This document shows, in pieces, positions 11,936-21,425 of a stretch of DNA of 64,000 nt. Both the position numbers and the translations under genes were made by a program. Within the stretch, counting starts at the first letter, position 1; every line of letters starts with the position of its first letter. Source of the DNA: an uncultured Pseudomonadales bacterium (GTDB lineage Bacteria > Pseudomonadota > Alphaproteobacteria > UBA2136 > UBA6156); the NCBI GenBank assembly GCA_964601735.1, contig CAZROO010000004.1, positions 10,289 to 74,288 on the forward strand. The letters are read 5' to 3'. The notes beneath the pieces were generated by a model. It was not told the origin of the DNA. It worked only from the letters and a program-made list of their open reading frames with translations, and did no database searches.

Positions 11936-12030
11936 AACCGGGGTGCTTATAGCGGGGGCGCCGGCAATATGCAACAGGCTAAATTGCGCTTGCCAGACTT
12001 TGTGACCACCGCTATAAACCCGCCCGGAGC

Positions 12031-12105
12031 GCGGGAATAGCTCAGTGGTAGAGCATCACCTTGCCATGGTGAGGGTCGAGGGTTCGAATCCCTTTTCCCG
12101 CTCCA
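12031..12105 (+). tRNA. tRNA-Gly (anticodon GCC)
   Basis: GCGGGAATAGCTCAGTGGTAGAGC ... anticodon loop TTGCCAT ... GGTTCGAATCC ... CCA. Confidence 0.85.
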
Positions 12106-12234
12106 ATTTTTTTATCGCCCCCCTGTGCAGAGATGATGCGGAAGTGATGCGCCACTATCGCTTTGTTGTCGCAGCTGGGCGCGAAACAGCCTTTTTCTGT
12201 CGGTGAGCGGTGCGCCGGTGGCGCAAAGACGTGT

Positions 12235-14112
12235 TTAGGCCTGGTCGAAGGCTTCCTGGGCCTCGAGCCAGGCGGTTTCGTGTTCTTCGAGGTCGCGCAG
12301 CAGGCGGCCATAGGCGGCCTGGGTTTCTTCTGCCTCGCTCTTGCGGGCATAGAAGCCCTCAGCGGCCATTTCGGCCTCGAGCTTTTTGCGTTGGGATTGC
12401 AGTTTGCTGACCGCCTTTTCGGTGCGTTCGACCTCGGCCCAGAGGGCCGGGTGCTGCTTGCGTTTTTCGGCCTGAATTTTTTTCAGCTCCTTGGGGGAGG
12501 GGCCGGACGGCGCATCGTCGCCCTTTTTGTTCGCCCGGCGCTCGGCGCGGCGTTGCTCGAGCACGTGCTGGCGGTAGTCGGCAAGGTCGCCGTCGAACGG
12601 GGCGCAGGCGCCGTCCTTGACCAGCCATAACCTGTCGACCACGCGCTCGACCATGCTGGGGTCGTGGGTGACGATGACCACCGCTCCCTGGAACTCGTTG
12701 AGCGCGAGCACCAGCGCTTCGCGGGCGTCCATATCGAGGTGGTTGGTGGGTTCGTCTAACAGCATGACGTGCGGGGCGTTGTGCGAAATCATCGCCAGTA
12801 GCAGGCGGGCCTTTTCGCCGCCGCTGAGATGGCCGATACGGCTGTCGGCCAGCGTGGCCCCGAAGCCGAAGCGCCCGAGCTTGCCGCGCACCTCGCTTTC
12901 CTTTTTGCCGGCCATGAGGCGGGCCATAGCCTGGTAGGGCGTGTCGGCCTCGTCCATTTCCTCGGTTTGGTGCTGGCTGAAATAACCGATGCGCAGTTTG
13001 GAGGACTTGATCACCTCGCCCTTGAGCGGCGCGAGCTTGGCGGCGATGAGCTTGATGAGTGTGCTTTTGCCGTTGCCGTTGGCGCCGAGGAGGGCGATGC
13101 GATCGTCCATGTCAATGCGCTCGTGGACGTTGCGCAAAATCGGCTTGCCCGGGGCATAGCCGATATCGACCTGCTCGAGGCTGAGGAGGGGTGGCGGCAG
13201 TTCCTCCGGCTGGTTGAAGTGGAATTTAATGCTACGCTCGGCCATGACGGCATCGACCACGCTCATTTTTTCCAGCGCCTTCATGCGGCTTTGGGCCTGG
13301 CGGGCCTTGCTGGCCTTGGCGCGGAAGCGGTCGACGAAGGCCTGCATGTGCTCGCGCTGGGCCTTTTGCTTTTCGTGCAGTTTTTGTTGCGTGACCAGCC
13401 GCTCGGCGCGTTCCTTTTCGAAGCTGTCGTAATCGCCGGTGTAGGAAACGAGCTTTTTGTTCTCGACGTGGATGACGTGGTCGATGCACTTATTAAGGAG
13501 GTCGCGGTCGTGCGAGATGACCAGCAGGGTTTTGGGGTAGGCCGCGAGGTAGTTCTCCAGCCACATCACCGCCTCGATATCCAAGTGGTTGGTGGGCTCG
13601 TCGAGCAGCAGGAAATCGGGCTGGCGGAACAGGGCCGCCGCCAGCGCCACGCGCATGCGCCAGCCGCCGCTGAAGGACTTGATGGGCTGCTGGAGGTCGC
13701 TTTCCTTAAACCCCAGCCCGGCCAAAATCATGCTGGCGCGGGCGGGGGCGGCGTAGGCGTCGATATCCATCAGGCGCTCATATATCTCGCCCAATTTGTC
13801 TGCATCCTGTTCGGTTTCGGATGCCGCGAGTAGCTGGGTGCGTTCAGTATCGGCCTGCAGGACGATATCGAGCAGGGGCGTGTCATCGTGGGGGATGTCC
13901 TGCCGGACCCAGCCCATCGTGTAGCGGTCGGACAGGGCGATGGTGCCGCCGTCGGCCGCCAGTTCGCCCGCGATAAGCTTGAACAGCGTGCTTTTGCCCG
14001 CGCCGTTGGCCCCCACCAGGCCGACCTTCCAGCCCTGTTGGACGGTGGCGGAGGCTTCGTCGAAGATGAGGCGGCCGCCGATGCGGTAGGTGAGGCTGGT
14101 GACAGTAAGCAT
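12235..14112 (-). CDS. ABC-F family ATPase (Uup/YheS-like, two ABC domains plus C-terminal coiled coil)
   Basis: Two Walker A motifs (GANGAGKST, GANGNGKST) and two LSGG signatures. No TM domain. Lys/Glu-rich C-terminal tail. Start taken at internal Met 14112 (MLTVTSLTYRIGG). Confidence 0.85.
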   Translation of the reverse strand: MLTVTSLTYRIGGRLIFDEASATVQQGWKVGLVGANGAGKSTLFKLIAGELAADGGTIALSDRYTMGWVRQDIPHDDTPLLDIVLQADTERTQLLAASETEQDADKLGEIYERLMDIDAYAAPARASMILAGLGFKESDLQQPIKSFSGGWRMRVALAAALFRQPDFLLLDEPTNHLDIEAVMWLENYLAAYPKTLLVISHDRDLLNKCIDHVIHVENKKLVSYTGDYDSFEKERAERLVTQQKLHEKQKAQREHMQAFVDRFRAKASKARQAQSRMKALEKMSVVDAVMAERSIKFHFNQPEELPPPLLSLEQVDIGYAPGKPILRNVHERIDMDDRIALLGANGNGKSTLIKLIAAKLAPLKGEVIKSSKLRIGYFSQHQTEEMDEADTPYQAMARLMAGKKESEVRGKLGRFGFGATLADSRIGHLSGGEKARLLLAMISHNAPHVMLLDEPTNHLDMDAREALVLALNEFQGAVVIVTHDPSMVERVVDRLWLVKDGACAPFDGDLADYRQHVLEQRRAERRANKKGDDAPSGPSPKELKKIQAEKRKQHPALWAEVERTEKAVSKLQSQRKKLEAEMAAEGFYARKSEAEETQAAYGRLLRDLEEHETAWLEAQEAFDQA

Positions 14113-14224
14113 GGCGTGCTTATAGCTGACGTGTGGCGTGGGGCAAGCCTTAACTGCCACAGGGGGCGGCACCGCCATACGGTTGGACGTAGAAATAAAA
14201 ACGCCGGGCATGGTAAACCAACGT

Positions 14225-15196
14225 ATGCAAAAGTGGGTTGGACTTGTTGCCGTATTGCTGGTGCTGGCCGGTTGCGCCAGCGAACCCGGGGAAACCGGGA
14301 TGGAACGGGCGCCCGATAACGAGGCCTTCCGGGCGTTCTACCAGCAGGTGAAGGACGGCTTGAGCGCGCGCCAGGCGCGGATTTTCTCTGAGGCTTTCCA
14401 CGGCAATATCGAGCCCTACGGCGTGGCACAGGTGGCCCGCAAAAACCAGCCCGAGCTGGTGAAAAGCTTTGAGGATTACGTAGGCCCGATGCTGAAGGCC
14501 GAGCGCGTGGCCGTGGCCCGGCAGAAGCTGGATGAGAACCGCGACGTGCTGGAACGCATTGCCACCCGCACCGGCGTGCCGCCGGAAGTAATGGTGGCGC
14601 TGTGGGGCATCGAGACCAGCTTTGGCCGCGTGCAGGGGACTCACCCTGTGATTCCGGCGCTGACCACGCTGGCGTGGCATTCCAACCGGCCGGACTTTTA
14701 TAATAAGGAACTGCACGCGGCGCTGGATTTGATTGAGCGCAACGAGCTGAGCCCGGACATCAAGGGCAGTTGGGCCGGGGCGGTAGGGCAGCCGCAGTTT
14801 ATGCCCAGCACCTATTTGAAGGCGGGGGTCGACGGTGACGGCGACGGCAAGATTGACCTGTTCAACGACCTGCCGGACGTGTTTGCCAGCACGGCGAACC
14901 TGCTGAAGCTGAACGGCTGGAAGCGCGGGCTGGCGTGGCGGCTTCCGTTACCCGAAAAGGCCAAGGTGCCTGCCGGGCTGACGCTGAACGAGCGAGGGCT
15001 GAGTGAGCCGTTTGATGCCAGCGGGTTGAGGCTGGCGGGCATCGCCGACGGCGAGAAGTACCGCTACTACAAGCCGCAAAGTGATGCGCCCGCGTTTTTG
15101 CTGGGGCCCAACTTCACCGCCGTGCTCAAGTGGAATAACTCCAGCTACTTTGCTTATGCGGTGCTGACGTTGGCGGATATGCTCAGGGAGGATTAG
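14225..15196 (+). CDS. mltB: lytic murein transglycosylase (MltB family) lipoprotein
   Basis: Lipobox VLAGCAS. WGIETSFG and other MltB/Slt35 motifs are present. Confidence 0.8.
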   Translation: MQKWVGLVAVLLVLAGCASEPGETGMERAPDNEAFRAFYQQVKDGLSARQARIFSEAFHGNIEPYGVAQVARKNQPELVKSFEDYVGPMLKAERVAVARQKLDENRDVLERIATRTGVPPEVMVALWGIETSFGRVQGTHPVIPALTTLAWHSNRPDFYNKELHAALDLIERNELSPDIKGSWAGAVGQPQFMPSTYLKAGVDGDGDGKIDLFNDLPDVFASTANLLKLNGWKRGLAWRLPLPEKAKVPAGLTLNERGLSEPFDASGLRLAGIADGEKYRYYKPQSDAPAFLLGPNFTAVLKWNNSSYFAYAVLTLADMLRED

Positions 15197-15290
15197 AGGA
15201 TGAGAGGGTTAGAGGGCAAGAGGAAGAAGAGGGCGTGTTTTGGGATGAGTCCCCTTTTATCCTCTTATCCTCTTATCCTCTCGTCCTTTC
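15191..15290. repeat. purine-rich/pyrimidine-rich long hairpin repeat (GAGGATRAGAGG family)
   Basis: GAGGATGAGAGGGTTAGAGGGCAAGAGG ... loop ... CCTCTTATCCTCTTATCCTCTCGTCC. The same motif recurs at 51795-51840. Confidence 0.55.
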
Positions 15291-16180
15291 TGTTGGCAGG
15301 TTGTACGGAAGTGCAGGTATTTTCGCATTTGATGAAGCGCAGCACCGCCAGCTGCGCGACCGAGGGTACCCCCAAGGTAGGTAATCCTTATATGGTGGAC
15401 GGCGTGCGCTACGCGCCGATGGGCAGCAGCGCGGGGTATCATGAAAAGGGCATTGCCAGCTGGTATGGGGATGATTTCCACGGTTTGGCTACCGCCAACG
15501 GTGAATGCTACAATATGTATGCCTACACCGCCGCCCACAAGACGCTGCCGATGCCCACCGTGGTGCGCGTGACCAACCTGGAAAACAACAAGAGCGTGAT
15601 TGTGAAGGTGAACGACCGCGGGCCGTTCGTGCGCGGGCGGTTGATTGACCTGAGCTACGCCGCCGCGCAAAGCCTGGACATTGTGCGCATGGGCAGTGCG
15701 CCGGTGCTGGTGGAGGCGATTGGTGGGCCATTTAACGGACCTGCCGGCGAAAGCGCCCAGTTGGCCGCTACCAGGGGTGGGGAAGGGGAGACGCTGGCGT
15801 CTACGCCTTCGCCCGGTACGCTGGAACAGAATTTGCCGAGTGCTTTTGGCAAGTCGGAGTCTGATGTTCCGCCGCCGGTGGCGCCGCAAAGCCTGCCCAA
15901 GCCGCCTGCGGGGCCTGCCCCCGCGACCTTGCCGCTGGTCAACAGCCGGGTGTTTGTTCAGGTGGGGGCGTTTGGGGATAATTCCCGCGCCGAGGCCGCT
16001 CTGGCCGACCTGAAAGGCATTGAGTCCAGCGCCCACACCGAGCAGACCACCACGTCGGCGGGCGCCAGCCTGACCCGCGTGCGCAGCGGCCCCTACGACA
16101 ATGTGGAGGACGCCGAGGCCGCGTTGACCAAGCTGGCCGGGCATTTCCCCGACGCCAAGATTGTGGTGGAGAAAAAATAG
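15245..16180 (+). CDS. rlpA: septal ring lytic transglycosylase RlpA (DPBB domain plus C-terminal SPOR domain)
   Basis: DPBB motif WYGDDFHG..TANGE..Y. C-terminal SPOR-like VFVQVGAF...AEAALADLK. Lipobox LLAGC. Confidence 0.8.
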   Translation: MSPLLSSYPLILSSFLLAGCTEVQVFSHLMKRSTASCATEGTPKVGNPYMVDGVRYAPMGSSAGYHEKGIASWYGDDFHGLATANGECYNMYAYTAAHKTLPMPTVVRVTNLENNKSVIVKVNDRGPFVRGRLIDLSYAAAQSLDIVRMGSAPVLVEAIGGPFNGPAGESAQLAATRGGEGETLASTPSPGTLEQNLPSAFGKSESDVPPPVAPQSLPKPPAGPAPATLPLVNSRVFVQVGAFGDNSRAEAALADLKGIESSAHTEQTTTSAGASLTRVRSGPYDNVEDAEAALTKLAGHFPDAKIVVEKK

Positions 16181-16236
16181 CCTTCTTTAGGCTGCCTTCG
16201 GTTGCTGGAGTCTTGTGAAGCGGCGCTGATAGTCGC

Positions 16237-17376
16237 ATGCTGCGGGCCATGAAAAAGACACTTTCACTCTCTCTTCTGGCTATCCTCCCCCTGACCGCCA
16301 ACGCTGCCGCGCCGTTTGTGATGAACAACGCCAAATCGGCGTATGTGTTCCACCCCGCCACCGGCACCGTGCTGGTGAACCAGAACGGCGACCAGCAGAT
16401 GGGGCCCGCGAGCCTTACCAAGATGATGACGCTGTATTTGACCTTCAAGGCGCTGAAGGAGGGCCGTTTGCACCTGAACGACCAGTTGCCGGTGAGTGAG
16501 AAAGCCTGGCGCATGGGCGGCAGCAAGATGTTCGTGAAGGTAGGCACCGCCGTGGATGTGGAGAGCCTGATTCGCGGCATGGCGATTGTGAGCGGGAACG
16601 ACGCGTGTATCGTGATTGCGGAAAAGCTCGGCGGCACCGAGGAAGGCTTTGTTGCGATGATGAACGACCAGGCGCCGAAGCTGGGCATGACCCACACCCA
16701 CTTTACCAACGCCAACGGCTGGCCCGACCCGCAGGAACTGAGCACCGCGCATGATATGGCGATGCTGCTGACGGCGATTTTCCGGGATTTTCCCGAGTAC
16801 AAGAAATACATGGCGGAGGAGGAGTTCACTTATAACGGCATCCACCAGCAGAACCGCAACGGGTTGCTGCACGCCAATGCGGGCGTTGACGCCGGCAAGA
16901 CCGGGCATACCGACGAAGCCGGTTACCACCTGGCCGCCACCGCCGTGCAGAACGGCGAGCGGTTGGTGAGCGTGGTGATGGGTACCGACAGCTTTGCCAC
17001 GCGCGAGGGCGAGACGCTGAAGGCCTTCCAGACCTTTTTTGCCAGTGACAAGACGGTGAACCTGTTCAAGCCCGGCGACGTGGTGGTGAAGGACGTGCCG
17101 ATGTGGGGTGGGCCGGTGGCCAAAACCGACCTGACCGTGGCCCAGCCGCTGGCGGTGTTTGAGAGCCAGGCCGAGCACGACAAGACCAATGCGCAGGTGA
17201 GTTACAACAAGCCGATTATCGCGCCGCTGGCGGCCGATACGCCGGTGGGCACGTTGCAGGTAACCCTGCCCGGCGGCCAGGTGATGAGCACCACGCTGGT
17301 GGTGGGGCGTGACGTGCCGCAGGGCAACTTTGCGACGCGCTTTGTGCAGACCGTGGCGAGCAAGTTTGGGCATTGA
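16237..17376 (+). CDS. D-alanyl-D-alanine carboxypeptidase (PBP5/6 class)
   Basis: Signal peptide, SLTK (SxxK), SGN and KTG motifs. Confidence 0.8.
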   Translation: MLRAMKKTLSLSLLAILPLTANAAAPFVMNNAKSAYVFHPATGTVLVNQNGDQQMGPASLTKMMTLYLTFKALKEGRLHLNDQLPVSEKAWRMGGSKMFVKVGTAVDVESLIRGMAIVSGNDACIVIAEKLGGTEEGFVAMMNDQAPKLGMTHTHFTNANGWPDPQELSTAHDMAMLLTAIFRDFPEYKKYMAEEEFTYNGIHQQNRNGLLHANAGVDAGKTGHTDEAGYHLAATAVQNGERLVSVVMGTDSFATREGETLKAFQTFFASDKTVNLFKPGDVVVKDVPMWGGPVAKTDLTVAQPLAVFESQAEHDKTNAQVSYNKPIIAPLAADTPVGTLQVTLPGGQVMSTTLVVGRDVPQGNFATRFVQTVASKFGH

Positions 17377-17454
17377 CCGGGGCTCGCAGGAGCCTTGGCG
17401 GCTTGCCTAATAAACGAGCAGGGGTACATAAAACGATTGCCTGCTTTGGTTAGA

Positions 17455-17471
17455 GTCGCCACAGTGGCGAC
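17455..17471. promoter_or_regulatory. perfect palindrome GTCGCCAC-A-GTGGCGAC abutting the start codon of a small ORF
   Basis: 8-1-8 palindrome ending 1 nt before ATG at 17472. Candidate operator. Confidence 0.35.
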
Positions 17472-17720
17472 ATGATGACTCTCGAGGAACTCAAGGCGAA
17501 AATTGAAGAATATGATGCCAAGGAGGCGGATATCCTCCGTCGGCTTGAGGTTGCGACCACCGACCGGCAACGCTGGGAATTGGAGCGTATGTTACGGTTG
17601 ACGCAGATTACCGGCATGGGCTTTGTTAACTGGGCCGAGCGGGAAGTTTCGCAAAAATGGACAAAGGATGATTGGGATGAGCGAACAGGAAACGCTGATC
17701 GCGAAACTCTTCACCCTTAA
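17472..17720 (+). CDS. small helical hypothetical protein (82 aa), lower GC
   Basis: ORF in a ~50% GC insert between dacC and tmk. Charged, predicted coiled-coil. Confidence 0.35.
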   Translation: MMTLEELKAKIEEYDAKEADILRRLEVATTDRQRWELERMLRLTQITGMGFVNWAEREVSQKWTKDDWDERTGNADRETLHP

Positions 17721-17907
17721 GAATGATCTTAGACAAAGGAAAGGCTCTATGTCTGACGCCTGTAAGGCTGCCCTTGCCCCTGGTACCGAATTCTCTCCGG
17801 CCGAATATCTTGCAATGGCTTATGACCTTGAAAAACAAATTGCCGCCCAAGAGAAGTACATCCTGGCTATTGAGAAACAACTTGCAGAATTACGTGAGGT
17901 TGAATGA
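17677..17907 (+). CDS. small helical hypothetical protein (76 aa), translationally coupled to tmk
   Basis: RBS AAGGA lies 8 nt before ATG 17677. Its stop TGA overlaps the tmk ATG (ATGA). Confidence 0.4.
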   Translation: MSEQETLIAKLFTLKNDLRQRKGSMSDACKAALAPGTEFSPAEYLAMAYDLEKQIAAQEKYILAIEKQLAELREVE

Positions 17908-18548
17908 CGAACTCTCATTTTATTGTGATTGAGGGGCCGGACGGCGCGGGCAAAACCACCCAGATTGGTCTGCTGAAAAAAGCTTTTGCGGCGGCTGGTA
18001 TCGGGGCCGCGTTCGAGCGTGAGCCGGGCGGGACGAAGCTGGGCGAAATCATCCGTCCGATTGTGAAGACGCACATGTACCCCGACCTGACCGTGGGGCA
18101 GGAGCTGGTGCTGTTCAATGCGTCGCGGATTTCGTTCATTCATGAAGTGATTAAGCCCGCATTGGCCCGTGGCGAGTGGTTCATTGCCGACCGCTACGCC
18201 CACAGCACGCTGGCCTACCAGGTGGCGGGCGGGCTCGACCCCGAGCTGGTGGCGGCAGTAGTGAATGCCGCCGTGGGCAACGTGTGGCCGAGCCTGGCGT
18301 TTATTTTCGACATTTCGCCCAACGAGGCGCTGAAGCGCAAGGAGGCCAAGCCGGAAGACGGCACGCGGATGGAGGACAAGGGTATCGAATTCCATCAGCG
18401 TGTGCGGGAGAATTACATGCTTTACGTGCAGAACAATCCGCAGGGAACCGTGGTGGTGGATGCCACGCAGACAGTGGAGGAGGTTCATGCGCAGGTGATT
18501 GGCGAGCTTAACCGCCGCTTTGGTCTTAAGCTTACCCTCCAAACCTGA
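17904..18548 (+). CDS. tmk: thymidylate kinase
   Basis: P-loop IVIEGPDGAGKTTQ and the DRY motif. Confidence 0.9.
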   Translation: MTNSHFIVIEGPDGAGKTTQIGLLKKAFAAAGIGAAFEREPGGTKLGEIIRPIVKTHMYPDLTVGQELVLFNASRISFIHEVIKPALARGEWFIADRYAHSTLAYQVAGGLDPELVAAVVNAAVGNVWPSLAFIFDISPNEALKRKEAKPEDGTRMEDKGIEFHQRVRENYMLYVQNNPQGTVVVDATQTVEEVHAQVIGELNRRFGLKLTLQT

Positions 18549-18560
18549 TAAGGTGGCGTT

Positions 18561-19277
18561 ATGACGCTGCCTGCGCTTATCGGCCATGCCGAGGTGATTT
18601 CTCAATTACAAACCCTGCTGGCGGCGGGGCGGTTGCCGCATGCGCTGCTGTTGCATGGGCCCAAGGGGGTGGGCAAGCGGCTGCTGGCGGAGCATTTAGC
18701 CTGGCGGTTGATTGCAGGCGGGCAGGGGGTGCAGGTTGATGTGAACGCGCCTGCGTATTACCAACTGGTGGCGGGTAGTAATCCGGATTTGCATATTCTG
18801 GCGCCGGAGGAAAAGAAGAAATCGACCTCAATCCGCCAAGTGCGGGCGTTGCTGGAGAATTTACAGCGTACGGCGGATACCCAGCGCGTCGTTATTGTTG
18901 ATAGCGTGGATGAATTGACTGATGAATCGCCGCACGTGCTGCTGAAGACGCTGGAGGAGCCGCGGCCGGGGCTGACGTTTGTTTTGATTTCGCATGCGCT
19001 GGGCGGGGTGCTGCCGACGATTCGCAGCCGGGCGCGATTGGTGCGCGTGGGAACGTTGAGCAGTCAGGAGCAGATGCTGGTGCGCGCTGCCAACCCGGAT
19101 TACGTGCCGCCTGCCGAGAATGAGTTGAATGCGCTGTTGAGGGAAACGGCGGAGACACCGGATTTTAAACATGCCGTGGCGTACCAGAAGATTGCCGCGC
19201 TTAAATTGAAGCAGGCCGAGATGAATTTGCCGATGAACACCACCGCCGATGCCGCGCGCCTGCTGCTTAAGCCATGA
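18561..19277 (+). CDS. holB: DNA polymerase III delta' subunit (short form)
   Basis: AAA+-like LLLHGPKGVGK. Lies between tmk and tatD in the conserved order. 238 aa is short for HolB. Confidence 0.6.
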   Translation: MTLPALIGHAEVISQLQTLLAAGRLPHALLLHGPKGVGKRLLAEHLAWRLIAGGQGVQVDVNAPAYYQLVAGSNPDLHILAPEEKKKSTSIRQVRALLENLQRTADTQRVVIVDSVDELTDESPHVLLKTLEEPRPGLTFVLISHALGGVLPTIRSRARLVRVGTLSSQEQMLVRAANPDYVPPAENELNALLRETAETPDFKHAVAYQKIAALKLKQAEMNLPMNTTADAARLLLKP

Positions 19278-20059
19278 TTGATTCCCACGCCCACCTGATG
19301 CACCGGCGTTACCGCGACGAAGCGCCCGTGGTGGGGCCGGAGGAGCTTTTGCGCCGGGCAGGGGAGGCCGGGGTGGGGGAGATTGTGGCCATCGCCTGCG
19401 AATTGGACGAGTGGCAGGAAACGCTTGCGCTGGCCTCTATACATAAAGGCCTGTGGGTGGCTGCGGCATTGCATCCTGCTAGTGTGGATGAGGCGGAGAA
19501 GGTGCCCACGGTTGAGGAATTGGTGGCGCTGGCTGGTAACCCCAAGCTGATTGCGTATGGTGAAACCGGGTTGGACGCGAAGCCTGGTGAACGGCCTTCG
19601 GAGGCGCAGATTGAAGCCTTCCGCACCCATTTGAACGCTGCGCAGAAAACCGGTTTGCCGCTGTGTTTGCACACCCGTGGTGCCGAGGATTTAGCGCTGG
19701 AGGTTTTGCAGGAATTCAAGGGCGTGGACTTTGTTTACCACTGTTTTACCGGCACGGCGGAACAGGCAAAAAACGTGCTGGCGGCGGGCGGGTATCTTTC
19801 GCTTTCCGGCATCGTGACCTTCAGTAACGCGAAGGAATTGCAGGCGGTGGCGAAGGCCATTCCGGTGGAGCGGCTGCTGCTGGAAACCGATGCCCCTTAC
19901 CTGGCGCCGGTGCCTTATCGCGGCAAGCGCAACGAGCCCGCGCTGGTGGCCGAGACGTATAAATTTTTGGCTGGGCATTTGAGGATGCCCTTACCGGAAT
20001 TGACACGGCAGGTTGCAGACAACTTCCGCACGCTCTTCCCGCGTGCGAAAATGGACTGA
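19274..20059 (+). CDS. tatD: TatD-family metal-dependent hydrolase
   Basis: N-terminal DSHAHL. TatD metal-site His and Glu pattern conserved. ATGA overlap with holB. Confidence 0.85.
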   Translation: MIDSHAHLMHRRYRDEAPVVGPEELLRRAGEAGVGEIVAIACELDEWQETLALASIHKGLWVAAALHPASVDEAEKVPTVEELVALAGNPKLIAYGETGLDAKPGERPSEAQIEAFRTHLNAAQKTGLPLCLHTRGAEDLALEVLQEFKGVDFVYHCFTGTAEQAKNVLAAGGYLSLSGIVTFSNAKELQAVAKAIPVERLLLETDAPYLAPVPYRGKRNEPALVAETYKFLAGHLRMPLPELTRQVADNFRTLFPRAKMD

Positions 20060-20069
20060 AAATAGACTC

Positions 20070-21221
20070 ATGGCGCACGACTCCGACAATAATAATGGTG
20101 GCAACAAACCACAGCGGCCCGGCTTTTTTGCCAGCATCAACAAGGCGGTGAAGGAGATTTCGAGCGAGATACGGAAAGACCTGACCAATGCCCCGCCGAC
20201 GCCCGCTCCTAAAAGCGGTGAGGCCGGGGGAGGGAACAGTCCCCTCCTCGCCAGCTACAAGGCGCCGGAGCATATGGTCAAAGCCGTGAATGCGGCGCAA
20301 AGCGGGCTGGCGTTTGTTGAAAACCCCGGATTTTCGGGAGAAACCAGGCCTTACCAGGCGCCGCTGGTGCCGCAGGCCGCCAAGGCGCCGCTCAACCCCT
20401 GGCCGGTGCTGCGCGAGCCGGGCAGCCATAGAAAATTTCTCACTGACGCGTATTTTCACGCCTACACGCCCGCCGATTTGAACCACTACCGGGGTGAGGT
20501 TCCCGCCGGGCCGCAAGTGGTGACGCTGGCCTGCACCGAGGCCGGGGATGCGGGGTTGCGGGCCTCGTTCGGCGAGATTTTGCGGCAGGAACCTGCGATG
20601 TTTGGGGCGACGGGTTTCAGCCCGCGTAATATTCTGGACGACATTGAGGCGATGGATGCCACGTTGACTAACCTGCTCAACAATAACCCCAAGCTGCTGG
20701 CGGTGGGGCCGGTGGGTATTGACCTGACCTACACCAGCCACAACCTGCCGCACCAGGCGGCGCAGATGGCGCGGCAGCTTGAGATTGCCTATGACTTTGG
20801 GTTGCCTGCGCTGGTGTTCCAGAACGGCGCTTTGGACGAGTTACGCGGGATATTGGAGCAGGGCATCAGTTTGCCCAAAAAGCTGGTGTGGCTGAAGCCC
20901 ATCCAGAGCGCAGAGGAACTGGCGCTGATCGAGGAGTTTAACTTTTATGTGGCGTTCCGGGCCGAGATCACCTGGCCGAAGGAGGCTTTTTACCGCCAGG
21001 CGGCGAGGCGGGTGCTGCCGCACCGCTGGCTGGCGGGCTCCGGCAACTCGCTGAAGAGCACCCATAACCGTGCCGGGCAGTTCAACAGCGCGGCGGGGCT
21101 TGATGAAATTATCGTTGCGCTGGCCGGGCTGACCGGCGTGAAGGACGTGAACCAGTTGCGTGACCGGTTGAACATGAACTTTGCGCAGGTGTATGGGCCG
21201 CAGGAAACAGGCAACGGGTGA
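20070..21221 (+). CDS. degenerate TatD-like paralog with disordered N-terminal extension
   Basis: TatD-fold residues in order (DAYFHAY, AVGPVGIDLTY, ALVFQNG, AFRAEITW, AGSGNS...GLDEII) but most metal ligands are substituted. Confidence 0.55.
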   Translation: MAHDSDNNNGGNKPQRPGFFASINKAVKEISSEIRKDLTNAPPTPAPKSGEAGGGNSPLLASYKAPEHMVKAVNAAQSGLAFVENPGFSGETRPYQAPLVPQAAKAPLNPWPVLREPGSHRKFLTDAYFHAYTPADLNHYRGEVPAGPQVVTLACTEAGDAGLRASFGEILRQEPAMFGATGFSPRNILDDIEAMDATLTNLLNNNPKLLAVGPVGIDLTYTSHNLPHQAAQMARQLEIAYDFGLPALVFQNGALDELRGILEQGISLPKKLVWLKPIQSAEELALIEEFNFYVAFRAEITWPKEAFYRQAARRVLPHRWLAGSGNSLKSTHNRAGQFNSAAGLDEIIVALAGLTGVKDVNQLRDRLNMNFAQVYGPQETGNG

Positions 21222-21387
21222 CAGGGGACAGGTTCTTGCCTTATTCCCTTGATAACTGTTTTACATAATCAACATTATGCGAAATATTGATATGGCCCAG
21301 AGAGGGGGCTATATGCGGCTTGAATCTGGGTTCGTCTGCCGCAGTGAAACTGCTTTAAACGCCGTTTGGCGAAGCCTGTTTTTAGGC

Positions 21388-21419
21388 AAAAGGCCGGAGA
21401 GTTTCCTCTCCGGCCTTTT
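21388..21419. terminator. bidirectional rho-independent terminator
   Basis: AAAAGGCCGGAGAG-TTTC-CTCTCCGGCCTTTT between convergent genes. Confidence 0.65.
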
Positions 21420-21425
21420 GCTTCG

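Noticed and set aside
12829-13833. 334-aa plus-strand ORF antisense to the ABC-F gene
   Set aside because: It lies entirely within the antisense of a gene carrying strong Walker motifs. The translation is Ala/Gly/Val low-complexity.
16264-17373. 369-aa minus-strand ORF antisense to the D-Ala-D-Ala carboxypeptidase gene
   Set aside because: High-GC shadow ORF with no motifs. The sense strand has SxxK/SGN/KTG.
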